The notes: a model not told the origin generated them from the sequence alone. A DNA stretch of 64,000 nucleotides from Nemertoderma westbladi (GCA_032718475.1 JAUCBJ010008395.1:1-64000); one strand, 5' to 3'. Shown: positions 38,801 through 49,330, numbered from the stretch's first letter. A program made the numbers and translations.

Positions 38801-40280
38801 GACTGTAAATTCAGCTATACCATCTTTGAAATCAAACTCAACCAAGACAAAAATCGTTATACCTTTAAATACTCATCAGGCACTCTTATGCCTCACACCG
38901 CTTGAGATAGATAGCTCTCAACGGCAATTACTACGCTTTATTCAGGTATACACTGTGCCTGAAAACTACCGACAGCTACAAACATTACAACGGTCTTATA
39001 TTCCCGATAGATTCCATGCTGTAATGCACAATGGCCTAATGCGTGTTGGAAGCCGAATTGCCGGTGCATATTCTAGTTACGAGCAACAATTTCCTATCAT
39101 TCTGTCCAATGCCACAGTTATGAGAGGCCTTATTTACGATTCACATCTTCGAAATCATCATGCAGGTCAAGAATATATTCTTGCAGATCTGCGTCAACAT
39201 TACTACTTAATCCGGCCATGGAGATCTCTCCGGTACATTTTAGATCAATGCCTACCCTGTAAACGGCTATTTGCACGTCCTTGTGCGCAGCTTCAGGCCC
39301 CACTGCCACCCGAACGTCTTCAAATAGGTAAGCCAGCCTTCACATCCACTGGTGTGGATATGTTTGGCCCCTTTAGTGTACGCAGGGGCTACCGTATATA
39401 TAAACGTTGGGCGATAATATTTACATGCTTTACAACTAGAGCAGTTTACCTTGATGTTGTCGATCATCCTGACATGCAAAGCTTTATGCTCTGCCTTCGG
39501 CGTTTTGTAGCATCGACAGGGGGTGCAACCAAATACCGTTCAGACTGTGGCTCTAACTTTATTGCTGCTGCCAGAGAACTGCAGCAGTTCATTGAGGACT
39601 GGAATGAACCTGTACTTAAACAGAAGTTGGTTGAATTCCAGTTGGTCTATCAACCATGGCACTTTAACCCACCCTATGCTCCATGGTATGGTGGTGCCTA
39701 TGAGCGGTTAATTCATTCAATCAAAGCCGCTTTGACAAAGATAATGCCATCACCACGAGATTTTTCGGATGAGATGTTCCGTACGCTCCTTTTAGAGATT
39801 GCAGATTCTATTAACCACCGGCCATTAATCCGAATATCCAATGATCCGGATGCCATAGAGGCAATAACCCCTGCTCATTTCATAAATCCCCGTCCATCGT
39901 CATTACAGGTATATGAACGCCATGACGATGGTGACACTCAAGCATACTACCTCCAAGCTTTATATAAGGCAGTCGCCTTACATGTAGATGTCTTTTGGGG
40001 TATTTGGAAGGATCACTACCTTCCCACAATTCAAACAAGAACAAAATGGTTTTCAAAAGCTCCAAACCTAGCTTTAAATGATCTCGTTATTGTTGATGAG
40101 CCCAATGTCCCTCGTCATAAATGGCTGCTTGCACTAGTACGGGAAATTCACAAAGGTGATGATGGTTTGGTTCGCTCAGTAACTTTACGGCTTTCAAATG
40201 GTTCAACATTACAACGTCCAATTCAACGTCTGGTATTGCTTGAGATGGCTGCAGGCCACCAAGGTAATTACGGACAATAA
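32877..40280 (+). CDS. BEL/Pao Gag-Pol polyprotein, 2467 aa, uninterrupted
   Basis: FKGDPEQWPAF (BEL Gag), three Zn knuckles, LLDTGS protease, DIYMDD RT, FSDAS RNase H, HLRNHH..CLPC, DMFGP/SDCGSNF/YERL integrase, DDGLVRSV C-terminus. Confidence 0.97.
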   Translation: MSDYSKTSQRSTQSQQVLSPQRTKPKVIQDKVQGGLGAPPTRNAAHVGAAAVANQNLPEILVSLAALGLDAASLETEGWRRALGGVIGYRNRRVNEIIALQRAWTDETPIDLLRGYGIEMEEILSKRRHLSETLLRYAKLTNREPICLYVQKADAEFTVIINKFFNAMPGGLYPLKAAKSLGEVVPPVVDEITGKVADMTICSPTNISVVPYVTPVSRSVDVATELAADNTLCPNDSVSQIPVGSHCSNSSSTVRAYLEAEQKRDEAHRERVRRHAVMEQEEALLKAEAVRQRAIKEQEEQISRVDTAIIKAQAKRRAQEKMDEAEMEIEQRKSRRIIEYGSGGSAGSGLSRGTFPLRTPDRHPHVTSTLTSTQIPATMPVTYNNLSPPLVSAVKAANPSITPLNPKAVPFLPLKPLPTGQYRVREPNPNHRRSMPSSAAIPIHQDPEAERQPFASGTRPPIASNLPQVTKKFPAQDIRYLPGTALGSNPHREFMNTDNGPPIPRSQNPVWYPHNARMSGPPYGSQRHQYPEVSRYNDVDPMGYPEIGTQNQNTQNIGQSQSGLNTSLEQASMRILSHTEINRFLPYTKFVTFKGDPEQWPAFLQYFTTTVLSKGLSSQENLSFLLSATAGPPHLAVTQHIGIPGGFEKAWAKLKKRYGNPRWLAKELYRQVIEYPALKGQQDITPFFDTLERIVAQLTAIDQINELDNAPIISTMVQKLTGACQGRWFKNVKRLVYPESDRIMPRSENLNDFMKFLEWEVDLAECSGAPTAAAIDKAARNQPRTELRPSYRWHPKKAVEAAFAASAAVTPEIYNKSADEESEETTCAVTDRKLPLPSKSKSSKPKLSCEKPKSVPPECIRCKNGNHHIYRCETFHKDDVKQRRDFISKSRLCYNCLRSGHTTTECPSARNCRACDNRHHTLICRDPNASTAVAVLTAELITGSDSSFVEDSPGEVEAEAEAYIVEMVDSPSIAKSFFIGKRSVKEYPILPVRVMGHGIEHHCFALLDTGSTATFLDESVFDKIFPESTSLRLTLQGISGEEVMGTRKAFGSISSLEGSCTARLPRVRMVRLKFGQACGQAYDWASDPFPAEVGLKAPTLPDPSVVMIIGGNCSEMRIILEQRPSNPTAYGCLATRSLLGWYFTGPSRRTCIERQWPVDDIESTMAADRGDASAALWAQEVPPGETSELLLLQEEVYQEDDDTDVLSETSFTNLMEESLNIINTGLDLLCDEDKYVLQALDHRVSAWIDGLKLQPHDLEKASSVEELRAAEIQRTTRRLLPDGHYEIGLLWRKPEPRLINNRPLALRRLNSLKKRLIDNPEVNVMYRAEMDKLLANGWAMRIPDHLIAPTPRTYYLPHHFVINPNKPGKVRVVNDCAAVYRGISLNSEIMKGPNYLRNIVGILLRFRISAIAYIADIEAMFMQVRVTPVDRDSLRYLWWESEDMSGDPIEYQMCSQAFGIISSPSNAGSSVVGCVADNQDLTDSLGEPFYSPDAASTLLRDIYMDDIMSAQPTVEQAIIVAHQVRDTLALGGFNLLKFASNSSKFLKSFSPELRQDATVELGIDPLPVTKALGILWDPTKDNLFFKVKSFTDGPRTKKSCLSILATTFDPLGLIAPVIMAGKILLKDIWAHGLDWDDPLPGHLLAQWYKWETALHYLDTMLLPRQYLPDLQPTSSVAFHIFSDASSLGMGAVAYLCWDDEQNIGTALLGSKTHIMPTKGLTIPRAELQAAVYAVELARTLHKELIWPEAKITFWTDASLVLQYLHNETTQFVVYVANRVQAILSFTTVAQWRHVPGDQNHADSASRGLICDKFLDCKLWFDGPEFLQQGPEYWPPPLSDTTLGKGAELKVKPLILAVPDFDSALQIKVSSLSNLLRIVVPSTGNETFPDTTKNVSPLLLDLIQHYRSFNRAARAITWIKRFIHWYFGGKPKLTPNKLPNMVPLKEPNAEDNSILEDTNKCKKHRVSEVLLTLRSSTVNSAIPSLKSNSTKTKIVIPLNTHQALLCLTPLEIDSSQRQLLRFIQVYTVPENYRQLQTLQRSYIPDRFHAVMHNGLMRVGSRIAGAYSSYEQQFPIILSNATVMRGLIYDSHLRNHHAGQEYILADLRQHYYLIRPWRSLRYILDQCLPCKRLFARPCAQLQAPLPPERLQIGKPAFTSTGVDMFGPFSVRRGYRIYKRWAIIFTCFTTRAVYLDVVDHPDMQSFMLCLRRFVASTGGATKYRSDCGSNFIAAARELQQFIEDWNEPVLKQKLVEFQLVYQPWHFNPPYAPWYGGAYERLIHSIKAALTKIMPSPRDFSDEMFRTLLLEIADSINHRPLIRISNDPDAIEAITPAHFINPRPSSLQVYERHDDGDTQAYYLQALYKAVALHVDVFWGIWKDHYLPTIQTRTKWFSKAPNLALNDLVIVDEPNVPRHKWLLALVREIHKGDDGLVRSVTLRLSNGSTLQRPIQRLVLLEMAAGHQGNYGQ

Positions 40281-41495
40281 GCAAAATCTGACAAAGGCTT
40301 CTGCTGTGAAAACAATGCCAGTGGGCCTTAAACTGTCTTCTACATAGCTTTACATTACAAGTATGTATGATTTATGTTAATTATGTGTTAGTGGGGGTAT
40401 GTGTGTGTTTGTACTACGTATATATGGGTATGCAAATAATTACCTAGACTTAAAAATTACCCCTTAGTGAATTTTGGGAGCGGAATCGAAATTATTACTC
40501 GACTGATGACAGACCGAGTTTTACTTCTGCCATTTCTCTGTTTGTAAAGAAACACGGGGCATGCATTAAAGAAAAAAAAAAAAAAAATGTCACATTGCAA
40601 TGTATAAGGGCTTGAATATGTTCTTATATTTGCTTTGGAACTTGCCATCTGTAATTAAAACTTAGTATTAGTAAAAGACACCAAGCAATTTTGAACCTCA
40701 TAGGTAATCCAGCTCACTTTGTCATAACGGCATAAGCTTATTAGTACTGAACACAATATGGCTGATGCTTCAGGCTTCGATTAATCTGAGAGATCCGATT
40801 CAGTGTTGGCGATGTTGGGGAGAAATGATGCGAGGCTACCCTCTGATATACAATAGCTTCAAGTCTCACATTCTCGTGCGTCTCATTTAGATATGTTTTG
40901 GATCACTATCTAACACGAGTTTCCATCTGTATCTGCGCCATTGTGGTCTGATTTCTCCAAGAAATCTGGATATGAAAACCGAAGAAACATTCTGAGGATC
41001 TCACTGCTGATGATGTTGTGGATCCACCACTGCTTACATCACCTCCACTTCTCAACCCCTGGGATCCGTTGCTTGGACGATTCTGGATCTACTACTTTGC
41101 ATGCAGGATGGTAGTCAGTGTGTTTGCCCGATCGATATTCGTACCAATACACAGGTTGCTCAGGAAGCATTGCCTTCAAAACCGAATCAGTACTCCAATT
41201 ATTCATATATATATATATTAAATACACCGTACTGTGTTCTGATTGTGCAATTTGTAAAATTTATGCTAATCTTATTCAACACTTGAAATAGAATAGGGCT
41301 TTTTCCGCTGTGTAGCTCCTTTTGCCCTTTCTAGGAGATATAATTTTTTGAGATATAAATTTTGTGCTTTGTAGATATTTTTAGTTTTGAGTTATTTCGC
41401 TATACCACTGAAGTCCACTTACTCCACTGAAGTCCAGTGCGAGTCCATCTTCCCTGACTATGGGATGCTACCTCGCGTCGTATCCCAGGGAGCGG

Positions 41496-42453
41496 TGTTA
41501 AACTGGGATGGTAATAATGGGCCTCGCCCTGATTACTTTGTTTATTATCTGATAATAATTGACTGCCAATCTCTGTAGATAGTAGCTCCCACATTTCCTA
41601 CTTTCTATTGGTACAGTACAAGGTGCTAATAGTTATGATCAGCTGTTCTGGCCCTACCATTGAATGCCTTGTAACGATAGTTAAGGAATTATTGCGGTCA
41701 GGTGGTACCTCAGCTTTCATGTAATAGTGTTGCTTTCATGTAGTCAGGTTGTACCTCTACATTGATAATACCGTACTAAACATATTTGAACTTATTTATA
41801 TTTAGATATATTTCATATTTATATTCAGTCAGTGGCTACCTAGTACTCGCTGTGCTGTACGAGGCGACCCAGTCTTGCCTGGTGCTTTTCCTCAACCGAG
41901 CAGTTTACCGTCCGCGTGAGTTATCCGGTCGCGGTCACGGTCGGTGCGTCTGGATGGTTGGTGGCCCCCCTTGGCCCCAACGGCAACCACCGATAGCTCA
42001 ACAAACTCTATTTCATTCGGCCTTGCCTATTCGCCTGACATAACGGCATAGGGAGCCATACTTTCCTTTAACGTGTTATCTTTCACGATACAGATAACCC
42101 ACCTATTGGGTTTCTGGGATCATTATATTATGATATAAAGTACACCCTCAATCGTACTGATTGTCGGGCCTGTTTGTGTTGGTTATTATTGTGAACGGTG
42201 CTACACAGCGGAGGCCAGTTAAACAAACAAAGTGAGTTTCAAACCACATTAATAGGTTTACCCTGCTTGGTGTCTTGTAGCTCTACCGTAAAGCCATAAG
42301 CTGCCCCCTTATGACCCTTTTGTGTAAGATAGTTTAAAATAAGTGTGCGAATGTCCCCTATCCACCCCGTAATTCGACCTGTCAGTCACGTCGTACCGAG
42401 AAAGTCGGGTGTCAGGTTCTTTATTAACTGTCTAACAGTCACCGACTTTGACA
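41496..42453 (+). repeat. 3' LTR of element B
   Basis: Direct repeat of 31294-32251. Confidence 0.97.
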
Positions 42454-43110
42454 GTATACAGGAACTGTTTCTACAGCTGCTAACTTAACTGCCTCTGTGA
42501 AGGCAGTATAGCCCTCACAGTGATCTGCCGCCTCAGAGGGAAGAACCTCATACCTGTTGCTCAGCTGTAGTGTGAAGCTGGACTCACACCTGGCTGTTGC
42601 AACAGAGAGGACAAGTCATGCCGCGGCAAGGCAGATTTCGTTGTTCTGCTAGCACGCCTGAATTTTGTTGTCAGTCCAGGGGGCCCGTTTCCTGTTTCGA
42701 GGGTATACAGGAACTGTTTCTGCAGCTGCTAACTTAACTGCCTCTGTGAAGGCAGTATAGCCCTCACTGTGATCTACCGCCTCAGAGGGAAGAACCTCAT
42801 ACCTGTTGCTCAGCTGTAGTGTGAAGCTGGATCTCACACTTGGCTATTGCAACAGAGAGGACCAGTCATGCCGCGGCAAGGCAGATTTCGTTGTTCTGCT
42901 AGCACGCAGACTAAGTCTTACCTTGGCCACAATAAGGCGGTGATCACTGGAGAAGGGTCGTAGTGTAAATGCATTACAGTCTTGTATAGAGCTCCTGTAT
43001 TTGCTACGAAACAGGATATGGTCTATCTGAGACTTGTGACCACTGGGTCCACTATGAGTCCATAGCTTTCCAGTTCGCTTCTTGAACTGGGTTCCAGCCG
43101 AAAACAATCC
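42454..43110 (-). mobile_element. RTE-like LINE, 5' segment (C-terminal half of the AP endonuclease; 5'-truncated; includes a ~250-bp tandem duplication)
   Basis: WTHSGPSGHKSQIDHIL..SSDHRLIVAKVRL endonuclease motifs. 42658-42907 duplicates 31244-31293 + 42459-42657. Confidence 0.88.
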
Positions 43111-43159
43111 ATTTCCAGAGATAAAATCCTAAAGATGGACGGAATTTCGGTTAACACTA

Positions 43160-43860
43160 TTGCTATAGACCCAGGGCGATGTAGGGGATTGGGTCTGAGG
43201 CGGTCGCAACGTCTATGAAGAGCTGAATTACTTTCAGTTTCGAAGTTTTCAGTCCCGTGGTTGTACTTGTTGGTTTCTGAACCAGACTTGTTGGGTTCTG
43301 TGTCAGTGATGGCGGGATTGTCTGTAGGAAGCGGCGATTCCGACACAACCTGCGCCCAGGGGAAACTTCACACTATAGTCACGATTTCTTCCTACCCCGA
43401 CTAGAGTTCCAATGTGAGTCCCGCGCTTTGATTTTGGGTCCTGAATCCTCGTTTCTGCTCCTATCTTAAGGTGGGAAGGTCGTGTGCTGATTGGTTGTAT
43501 CGGCCCGATCAGCTGTATCTTGCAAGACTTGCGCATATTTAGAATGGTGAGCAGGTAGTCGCGAACGGAGGAGACGCCCAAAAACGATTTCACTTGGAGA
43601 AATGTTATTAGCTCTCGGTGAATTTCCGATTTCCATCAAACGTTCATTAAATTCCTCGGAGTTTATGTCCGGTTGTTTACATTTGATATGCAGAGCCTTT
43701 AATCGTTTAACTGATGCCTCTGCGTGGCCATTGCTGGTGGGGTAATGGGGTGTACGTTGACCCCAGTTTACTTCCCAATGGTTGTAAAATGTTCTGGAAT
43801 AGTGAGAGTCGAATTAGGGCCCTCCATCCGTTCGCAGTCTGTTAGGGACGCCGAGGTGTA
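43160..43860 (-). pseudogene. Degenerate Gypsy-type integrase fragment
   Basis: Minus strand reads LGVPNRLRTDGGP*FDS..TPHYPTSNGHAEASVKRLK..SPSEIVFGR..RIQDPKSK..RNRRFL. Confidence 0.8.
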
Positions 43861-44111
43861 TGAAATACAATAAAATATAATCTAGTCCGTACCCTAATGA
43901 AATTGCAAGTGTTATTATTATATTATATTATTATTTGAGTACCAAAGATAAATTACATTAATTATTCCTCCCCAGGACCAAAACGAAATATACAGTATTT
44001 GGTAGGACCATGGGTTATTATCTTGTTGAGATTTTTACTCCAGAGATTTTTACATAATCAATCAGGATAACTATATTACAACTTATCCTATAAAGAAATA
44101 AACTCCTCATA

Positions 44112-47100
44112 ATGTATACTGGAGTCTTTGTTATCGCAATCGCTCTGATAAACAATTCGGTTGGCGAAATCTACATTAACAACTTCTGTACGAATCCCTC
44201 CGCTACTGCGTTCTCTACAACCTCCCCCTCTACCGCTTTATGTAACATTAATTGCGAACAAAGGGACCAGTGTACGGCTTTCAGTTACAACGAAGGGGTC
44301 TGTAAGCTTTACTACGATAGCTGTCTTGAAAGAATGGACAGCTGGTATGTTGATACATTAGAAAGAAGATGGATTAGTACAAAAAAAGGTGAGATGCGTT
44401 CATTATTTATCAGAAATTATAAAGTAAAAAATATTCTAGATCCAGTCGCATTGCCAGTTCACACAAATAAATTACAATTCTGTATATTGTATATCACGTT
44501 TGTTTCCATTCCAGTTGAATGGGTTGTAAAGTTTCGTCCTCCTTGCCGCAAACGTTTCCTAGGCGAAGTGAATCTAACGACTCAAACAGACATCAGCTCT
44601 TACAATGAATGTATGGAGGAATGCGGTGACAATCATCTATGCAGAGCGGTTGTTTGGGCCTGGAATGCAGTGAATTTCTGTGGATTCGAAACTGGCGGAG
44701 ATTCAGACACCAAACTTAGTACTATCGTCGACACCTACGGTGACGATGTCGCCTACTTTGATAAGATCGATGACATTCCATTTCTCTGTAAGTTTGAATA
44801 AATGTGCCTACAGTTCAATGACAGCAGATCTTTCTTTACTGTATAACAGGTAATATTCATCTACTGTATTCTAATGACCTCAATACCGGTACTTCTCTAT
44901 ATTTTAGGCCCAGATGAGGATCCATGCGATAATCTTTGTCCAGAAGGATACAAATGTGGAGAAATAAGGATAATATACAGGGGAGAACCGCTTTGTAATT
45001 CCTGTGCCAGCAGCTACGTACCACTCAATGACAATGCGAATGAAATTATATGCGGAGGTGAGGAGCTATAATATACTGTATAATATAATATACTATGTAA
45101 TATACTGTATAATATAATATACTATATAATATACTGTATCTATCTATTCGTGCTGGCAAAAATAGTGGAGTAAATCATATTTTTATTTTTATTCTTTATT
45201 TTATTGATACATTATGGCCTACTGTAGCTAGGGTCTAGTTGCGAATAAGTACAGAATCTCTCATTATATTTGAGCTCCTGAGCTCCATATTACAATTTTT
45301 ATCATGTAGGCCTACAACTACAGTAGGGGATAGTCTCTGAAAGCTGCAGTAGTGGAGGCGTTTTTATAACCAAAATAATAAACTAAACTATATTTCATAT
45401 GCGACCAATTTGTGATGTAGTTTATTATTTTATTTGAGACCAACTTGCGCCACTATCTGACATACACAATATCGTGGACCCTACAAAATGAAAACAGTCT
45501 TGCGAACTATCTTTCGATAGCTATGCTATCCGGGTAGTGGAGGGTAGGAGTGGACGCTACTCCTATTCCAAGTTTTGCTCCCAGTGATTCAACTTGTCCT
45601 CATTTTAGCGACACCATTGGATAAAAGAGGCTCGAACTGAGGCTCGAGAGCTGGGCTCGAACCTACAACCAATAGATTGTAAGCTCGGCGTCCAACCAAC
45701 TGAGCTACGGTACACCGCCTTTGCGGACCCTATAAATTACCTCTTAAATTCCACTAATTCCAGGAAACATTCCATACAGTAGGCCTACAATCGCGATAGA
45801 TTTATGAATCTTCGATTTCTCTTCGATTCGATTCCGACCCAAGAATACCACCGAATATTCTCCAACTTTCGGTAGTCGAACACGTACAGTACGTCTCCCT
45901 GTATGTCCGCGCCAACGTCTTCCTGTACGTACATTCTTGTTAACGTTAAAAGTATACGGCGCCCTCGCCATCATCATAGACAATGCAGTTCACGGAACAC
46001 CTTGCTTCTGGAACAAAATCATAACAGTATCATAACAAATATACAGTAGCTACAGTTTTTCTTTATCTATTTCCATTTTCTTTACACATCTACTCGATAC
46101 ATGTTAGCTTTATTTAGTATAAGCGACGATACAGTAAAATAAATTAAAGTGGTCGGTCGATTTACGTGTGTAACTCGAAACACCTGATACACCCCGAAGG
46201 CTCCTCTCACTTGGCTGTTACCTATAAGGCTGGGAGGGCGCCACGCTAACTCTCAATTCAACCCTATCTTTACTCCCACTAAAGAAGCCAGGTTCCTATT
46301 GTAACGAGGGTTTGCCTAAACACTAGTTTGTTGCTTAAGGACACTATCAGTTTGGAATTTATACAGCCTTTTGTCTTATTTTTGAACCTTATAGGCCTAC
46401 AGTAGCTAAACGCTATTGTGAAAGAGGTTCAGGCGCTGTATCCACTCGGACACTGCGACAGTGATAAATATTCGTAGTATGGCAATGATACAGGTTTGTA
46501 TTCTATAGACATTAATAGCTGTGTCCCCAAATACAGTATTACTTCCCATTATGGCATATCCTCATTTAAATTATTCAAATATTGTTTTTTCAGCGGATTC
46601 AAATTCTCCACAAACAAAGCTGGTTGCTTATTGGCCATTGAGTTTCAGATACAAAGGTAATGAAAAATTAGGACAACTCGATGGTAGTATCCATGGCAAC
46701 CTGGAATATAACAAAGGGCCGGGAGACGTCGATGGTCAGTCAGCGGATTTCGGTAGTGGGTATGTTTCCATCACCCATGGCAACGAGTTGCAAACAGAAA
46801 CTTTCACTATGATTGCTTTTATAAAGCAGACGACCAGTTCAGTTGGACCAATATTGGAATTTGGGAGTAGAGTGAGTAGTGGAACACATTTCTGGCTTTG
46901 GCCCGGTACAACAACACTTTACTACTGTTGCCAAGCAGGTAATTTCATCTTGGTCGACTCAATCTCTATAGACCAGTGGTATATGGTAGCTGTGGCATGG
47001 AGTGCAACTGCCAATAAGAGGTATCTGTACAGCCGCAGTATAGATAACATGGAACACAAGATAGTCGAGCAGGGGAATCTAATCGTAGATACAACGAGAC

Positions 47101-47267
47101 CGGATAAAGACTCGCTGAATCTTCTAATTGGGAAACGGGAAACAACGACGGAAAATTTTCCAGGTTTGATAGCTCATGTCCGATACTATCGAAGTTTTTT
47201 GACAGTCCGACAGTTGGACCAAGTCCTCGATGAAGTATTGCAACTTGAGAAACAAGAAGAAGATTAA
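44112..47267 (+). CDS. Secreted protein: signal peptide, two PAN/apple-like modules, Cys-rich module, LamG/concanavalin-A-like domain; exons 44112-44388, 44515-44787, 44908-45057, 46594-47267 (~457 aa)
   Basis: All introns are GT-AG phase 1. Motifs CNINCEQRDQCTAFSYNEGVCKLY, CMEECGDNHLCRAVVW..C, LVAYWPL..FTMIAFIK..QWYMVAVAW..LLIG..FPGLIAHVRYYRSFLT. The exon 3 to exon 4 join is inferred. Confidence 0.75.
45500..45720 (-). mobile_element. tRNA-derived SINE (same family as 49062-49330)
   Basis: TCTTTCGATAGCT..GGGTAGGxGTGGACGCTA..TCGAACCTACAACCAATAGATTG..TGAGCTAC shared with the 49-kb copy. Confidence 0.7.
46190..46345 (-). mobile_element. SINE-like fragment
   Basis: Shares ACCCGAAGGCTCCTCT with the 49062 SINE. 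Confidence 0.4.
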
Positions 47268-47654
47268 CTATTGAACTGATTGTGTCTGTAATGTCTCTGA
47301 TGGTGTCAAAACTTTTAATTCACTGTCTTTAGTGTAATTTATAAATATAAATAGCAATTTCTAAATTTTTTAAATAACTAGTTTATAAATATTTCTAAAA
47401 CAAATAATAACCAACAATAATGTAAATTTTCTGTACAATTTGAAATTCAAAAATTGATAAATTCAAAATTTAGTATTACCAACATTTTCTTGGATACAGA
47501 ATATGTCGATGATATATTCCATTTCCATAGCAACCATGTCTCCCCTGTTTACTACATATGATTTCAGAGTGCGTGCGTTGGTTATTATTCTTTCTATATT
47601 CACATATATTAAAATTAATTTTTAACCACTAACATGTACTGATCGATACCTTTA

Positions 47655-48732
47655 CATATATTTATACACTACTATATATACTATTTACACTATATTTATA
47701 TTTTATACACTATATATTTACACTATATTCTATATATTTACTATATTTATATTTTATACACTATATTTACACTATATTTATACACTATATTTACACTATT
47801 TTTTACTATATTTATACTATATTTCTACACTATATTTATATTTTATACACTATATATTTACACTATATTCTATATATTTACTATATTTATATTTTATACA
47901 CTATATTTACAATATATACTATATATTTACACTATATTTATATTTTAAACACTGTATTTACACTATATATATTTTATACACTATATTTATATTTTATACA
48001 CTATATAGTATATATTTATACAATATTTATACGCTATATTTACACTATATTTACTATATTTATACACTATATTTACTATATTTATACACTATATTTATAT
48101 TTTATACACTATATTTACATTATATTTATATTTTATACACTATATTTACACTATAATTACACTATATTTACTATATTTATACACTATATTTACTATATTT
48201 ATACACTACTATATATACTATATATTTACACTATATTTACTATATTTATACACTATATTTATATTTTATACACTATATTTACATTATATTTATATTTTAT
48301 ACACTATATTTACACTATAATTACACTATATTTACTATATTTATACACTATATTTACTATATTTATACACTATATTTACTATATTTATACACTACTATAT
48401 ATACTATATATTTACTATATTTATACACTATATTTATATTTTATACACTATATTTACATTATATTTATATTTTATACACTATATTTACACTATATTTACA
48501 CTATTTTTTACTATATTTATACTATATTTCTACACTATATTTACACTATATTTACTATATTTATATACTAATTTACTATATGTATACACTATATTTACAC
48601 TATATTTATACACTACTATATATTTACACTATATTTATACACTACTATATATTTACACTATATTTAAATTTATACACTATATTTACACTATATTTACTAT
48701 ATTTATACACTATATTTACGCTATATTTATAT
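47655..48732. repeat. AT-rich degenerate simple repeat (TACACTATATT / TACTATATT units)
   Basis: Directly visible; almost no G on the + strand. Confidence 0.95.
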
Positions 48733-49061
48733 ATTGGTGTTTCTATATTTGTTACTGTATAAGGTGGATAAGGCGTAATGGGCCTTCCCGTGTCGGTCGC
48801 CTGCATTCATTCCTGCATTCGTTATTACCGGTGCGACACTATATTCCGAATTCCAGGATATGGTGTATTGAGTTTTGCTCTCGAATTTTAACATCCCAAC
48901 TCGTGCCAAATCCAATACACTCGAGGACATGCGATGGAATATTGGTAAATTATAATTAGTGCTTTAAAAAGTGTTAACTTCCGACTTTATTTTCTTATTT
49001 ACTGGGGAAATTTATCTCTTTAACAGTAATATATATATCGTAAAAAAGCCAACACTCGGCA

Positions 49062-49330
49062 GAAGCGGGATGCGACCCGAAGGCTCCTCTTTCGATAGCT
49101 GCTACCCGAAGGGTAGGGGTGGACGCTAAAGGGTTCAAAATGGGATGTGATTTCAGGGTTCCAATTAGGGTTAGAACGAGGGTTCCATCCCAGTCTCAGT
49201 TTTCTTCCCAGTAATTCAACTGGTACTAATTTTATGGACCCTGTGCATGAGAGGCTGAATGGACCCTGGCGGTGTTCGAACCTACAACCAATAGATTGGC
49301 CGGCGCTCAACCAATTGAGCTACCCCGCCG
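49062..49330 (-). mobile_element. tRNA-derived SINE
   Basis: Minus strand starts GGCGGGGTAGCTCAATTGGTTGAGCGC..GTAGGTTCGAACACC (A and B boxes), followed by a non-tRNA body also seen at 45500. Confidence 0.78.

Larger units (their letters stand above)
31294..42453 (+). mobile_element. BEL/Pao LTR retrotransposon 'B', apparently intact
   Basis: 958-bp TG..CA LTRs at 31294-32251 and 41496-42453 (one mismatch noticed). TSD GTATA at 31289-31293 and 42454-42458. PPT GGGAGCGG at 41488-41495. Confidence 0.97.

Noticed and set aside
40758-41286. Intact accessory ORF in the 3' region of element B
   Set aside because: The frame from ATG 40758 has several stops, and the short track ORFs have no recognisable motifs.
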